Shown piece after piece: positions 61,154-64,000 of a stretch of 64,000 nt of DNA (positions are counted from its first letter, which is position 1; each line of letters opens with the position of its first letter). The notes under the pieces are model-generated. The model did not search any database. It had not been told where the DNA came from and was given only the letters and a program-made list of their open reading frames with translations. Source of the DNA: Fistulifera solaris (taxonomy: Eukaryota). The position numbers and the translations under genes are program-made. The stretch is taken from positions 806,001 to 870,000 of the forward strand of contig AP026125.1 in assembly GCA_030295235.1 (NCBI GenBank), given 5' to 3'.

Positions 61154-62446
61154 ATGACAGCTCCGAAAACCGAACACACGACACGTGCTTATTCGAAACA
61201 CCAACCCAACTGGCAGCGCTTTCAAAGCGATCTAGTGATTCCTTCTTCCAATGTCGGAGGTGATAAGAATGCGGCTCCGAACGTTTATCAACGACAGTAC
61301 TCGCACGTCTATCATCAACGTCTCGCCGCACTCGGTCCGCGGTGCTGGGAGACCATGTTGCCATCGGATGTCGTACAAGTGAAGCGCATTTTGGAGCTCA
61401 AAGAGGGTGAGCCATCTTTGGTGGTAGGAACACTGGTCCGGGAGACCACGAACACGAAAGAACCGACGTTACATCCGGACTCGGAATGCCGCAAGTCCGA
61501 TGCCTTGTATTTAGAAGATGAGAGTGGACGTGTGGTGCTCGAAGTTCCGGAAAAGCACAGTTACTGTACAGGACTTGTCGTAGGTCTTCGTGGGACGGTT
61601 CAAATGGATGGTGTCATGTTGGTGGAAGAAGTGTACGCCCCCGCGATGAGTCCTCCCACACGCATGGAGACCACGCCTCTCGAAACACAGGCGGTGCCGC
61701 ATTTGTTGTTGGTGTCGGGATTGCTCTGCGGAGGCTCCAATGTGTCATCTCTTCCGCGCGACATGTTATTGTCGTTCTTGCAGGGTCGGTTCGGAGTCGA
61801 AAAGGCCGCCTTAATCAGTCAAGTCGTGGTGGCGGGAGGACTCGTCCGCGCCGATGACAAAGTTTCCCAGGCCGATGCCTTGCGTGACCTCGATGGGTTT
61901 CTGTTGCAAGTGTCGGCCGCCGGGATTCCGGTTGATGTCATTCCCGGTCAGAACGATCCCACCACCGCCAATTGGCCGCAACGACCCTTGCATTCAGCTT
62001 TGTTGCCGCGATCCAGCGCATCTTCGAATTTGGTACGTCGGACTCCCAATCCCTACGCGGCGGTACACAATGATCATCTCGTCATGGGTGCAGATGGGAG
62101 AAATGTGGCCGATTTGACGCGTCGTCTTTTGAAACAGGAGGAAAATGATAATGCGTGGGTGCCCCTGTCCGAACTGGAAGCCTTGCAGCGCTCACTAAAA
62201 TGGAGTCACATTTGTCCCACAGGGCCCGATTCCATCCCCACCGTTCCTCATGCTGAATCGGATCCCATGTGTATGACGCAAGCGCCGTCCGTTTACTTTT
62301 GTGGCAATGCTCACGCATTCGACACTGCGATCAGCAACGGAACACGATTGGTTTGTGTGCCCAAATTTGCGACAACCGGACAAGCCATTCTGGTCAATCT
62401 GGAAAACCTGGATGTCGAAATTCTAAGCTTTGACGCTCAAATCTAA
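61154..62446 (+). CDS. POLD2: DNA polymerase delta subunit 2
   Basis: YQRQYSHVYHQRL, LEDESGRV, PGQNDPT....PQRPLH, W.H.CPT.PD, DP, P.VYF.GN and VPKF motifs. Confidence 0.93.
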   Translation: MTAPKTEHTTRAYSKHQPNWQRFQSDLVIPSSNVGGDKNAAPNVYQRQYSHVYHQRLAALGPRCWETMLPSDVVQVKRILELKEGEPSLVVGTLVRETTNTKEPTLHPDSECRKSDALYLEDESGRVVLEVPEKHSYCTGLVVGLRGTVQMDGVMLVEEVYAPAMSPPTRMETTPLETQAVPHLLLVSGLLCGGSNVSSLPRDMLLSFLQGRFGVEKAALISQVVVAGGLVRADDKVSQADALRDLDGFLLQVSAAGIPVDVIPGQNDPTTANWPQRPLHSALLPRSSASSNLVRRTPNPYAAVHNDHLVMGADGRNVADLTRRLLKQEENDNAWVPLSELEALQRSLKWSHICPTGPDSIPTVPHAESDPMCMTQAPSVYFCGNAHAFDTAISNGTRLVCVPKFATTGQAILVNLENLDVEILSFDAQI

Positions 62447-62497
62447 TTATAAACAAATTATGAATCTATTACGTTACAATTGCTAACAATACATAAT

Positions 62498-64000
62498 TCA
62501 CTTGCGATATTTACGGAGTTGATTCGCCAGCTCTTCCGGTAGTGACGGTACATGAACGAGACCCACGCTTTTGCTGAATTTGTGAGCAGCGTCCATGATC
62601 TCGTCAGCGGATATGTTCCGGCGCGCGTACTCTTGGTAGTAGGCAACCATCGAAAGGTAGGCTGCCTCTGCTTTCGGGGTCAGCGTCGCGTGTCGGCTCC
62701 CTATCAAGTGTTTCCCTTTGTCCAGTCGCTCTTGGTCGTTCTGATCCAGAGACAAACTTGCTTCGTGTTGAGGCACGTTCTGCTTGATAAAAGTCTTTTG
62801 CAAAACGGATTCAAAGGGCAAGAGCACTTGCAATCCAGCGCCTTCTTTTCCGGCGCGACCCGTTCGTCCGAGACGGTGTAGGTACAGATCCGCACTATAA
62901 GGAGCGCCGTACTAGTGGTTGATCATAGATGAGAAAGAGACGTATACACAATTGGATAAACAATCTGCAGCGAAAGGAATGTACCTACCTGTATCACGCA
63001 AGTGACATCCGGATAATCCATACCACGTGCTGTGACATCACTAGTCAACAAAATACCATTCGAGGCACTTCGGAAGGAGCTGCTGACTCGAGATCTAGAG
63101 GATTGAGACATCCGCGAATGAATCTCCCATACTGGACCAATTTCCATCACAGTTGACAAGTACTCGGCAAAAAAATCGTGCAAGCTTGGCAGTCGGGAAG
63201 AAAACAACGAGCTTGAACCTATCCGGTTGATCTGTCATAGCTGACTGCAATAAAAATACAAGTGTGCAAACGTAGTCCTCCATGTTAGTGAGCTGCAAGT
63301 AGGATTGCTTCACTTGACTGTTTGCGCGCTCTCCAGATGCAATGTTGCCTACGCAGTCGATTTTTACGTACTCCTTGGGCAGGTATTGCTCAAAGCTTTT
63401 CTCGACGCTCTTGGGCAAAGTCGCGGAAAATAGAAGCGTTTGGCGTTTCTCCGGTCGAGGCAGCTGAGATGAAATTGTTTTGATGTCCTTCCAAAATCCT
63501 TCGACGAGGCGGTCTGTCTCATCCAACACTATTATGGGGATGTCCGACAGAATGATGTCGCCGAATTTTCTACCCTTGACACGAGTTTCGCGAATATGGT
63601 CTAGCAAACGCCCCGTGGTAGACACCAAAATAGCCGGTTTCTGCTTTGCCCACATGTTCGAATCCCTTCGCATTTGCGTCCCGCCGTACATAGACTGTAC
63701 CGTCCAAATTTTCGGCAAGTACTTCAATAGTCGTTCCGCTTCGTCTCCAATTTGCTGCGCGAGTTCACGAGTGGGTGCTATGATAAGTATTCCGACAGAC
63801 CTTCCGGGAAGAAAAGTGCGAGTGTCGAGCAACCGCTGAATACTTGGCAGGAGAAAACTCAACGTTTTGCCTGTCCCCGTTTTCGCCTTTCCCACGCAAG
63901 ACGTGCCATTTAAAGCGTGAGGCCAACTTTGGGCTTGGATATCAGTCATTTGCTCCAATCCCATTTCGTGTATAGCACGCAGGAGAGAAGGATGTAAGCT
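62498..64000 (-). CDS. DEAD-box RNA helicase (Mss116/Has1-like), 5' part beyond the window; intron 62912-62988; apparent frameshift near 63175
   Basis: MTDIQ Q-motif, AKTGTGKT, PTRELA, DETD, SAT, ARGMD and HRLGRTGRAG motifs. Confidence 0.9.

Noticed and set aside
1..64000. tRNA, rRNA or snRNA genes
   Set aside because: None recognised by eye; a tRNAscan-SE or Infernal scan would be needed to exclude them.

Overview
Gene-dense eukaryotic nuclear DNA with short GT-AG introns. It is most consistent with a diatom: bipartite 'ASAF'-type plastid presequences, two HSF-domain genes and a CoDi-like Ty1/copia element. About 25 protein genes are supportable, including TPI, OGFOD1, SDH1, a myosin light chain-like EF-hand protein, NBS1, a MutS2-like ATPase, PsbW-like, TRAP1, an ABHD5-like hydrolase, SF3A3, WDR36/UTP21, syntaxin-5, MATE, copine, POLD2 and a partial DEAD-box helicase. 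Many essential genes carry single-base indels, mostly in homopolymer runs, which points to consensus errors rather than pseudogenes. A complete, very young 7.1-kb copia element (24751-31839) has visually identical 451-bp LTRs, an ATCAT target duplication, non-canonical TG...GA ends and a half-tRNA-type primer site. Several tandem arrays occur (115, ~235 and ~211 bp units), two of them with dimeric higher-order structure. The most intriguing gene (36178-38626) encodes a plastid-targeted protein with two I29-like domains, a coiled coil, ~10 aromatic 'sticker' motifs in a Pro/Ala/Lys spacer and a C-terminal beta-rich domain resembling, from recall only, the diatom pyrenoid shell (PyShell) fold. 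It is a candidate pyrenoid linker or scaffold. No database searches were run.
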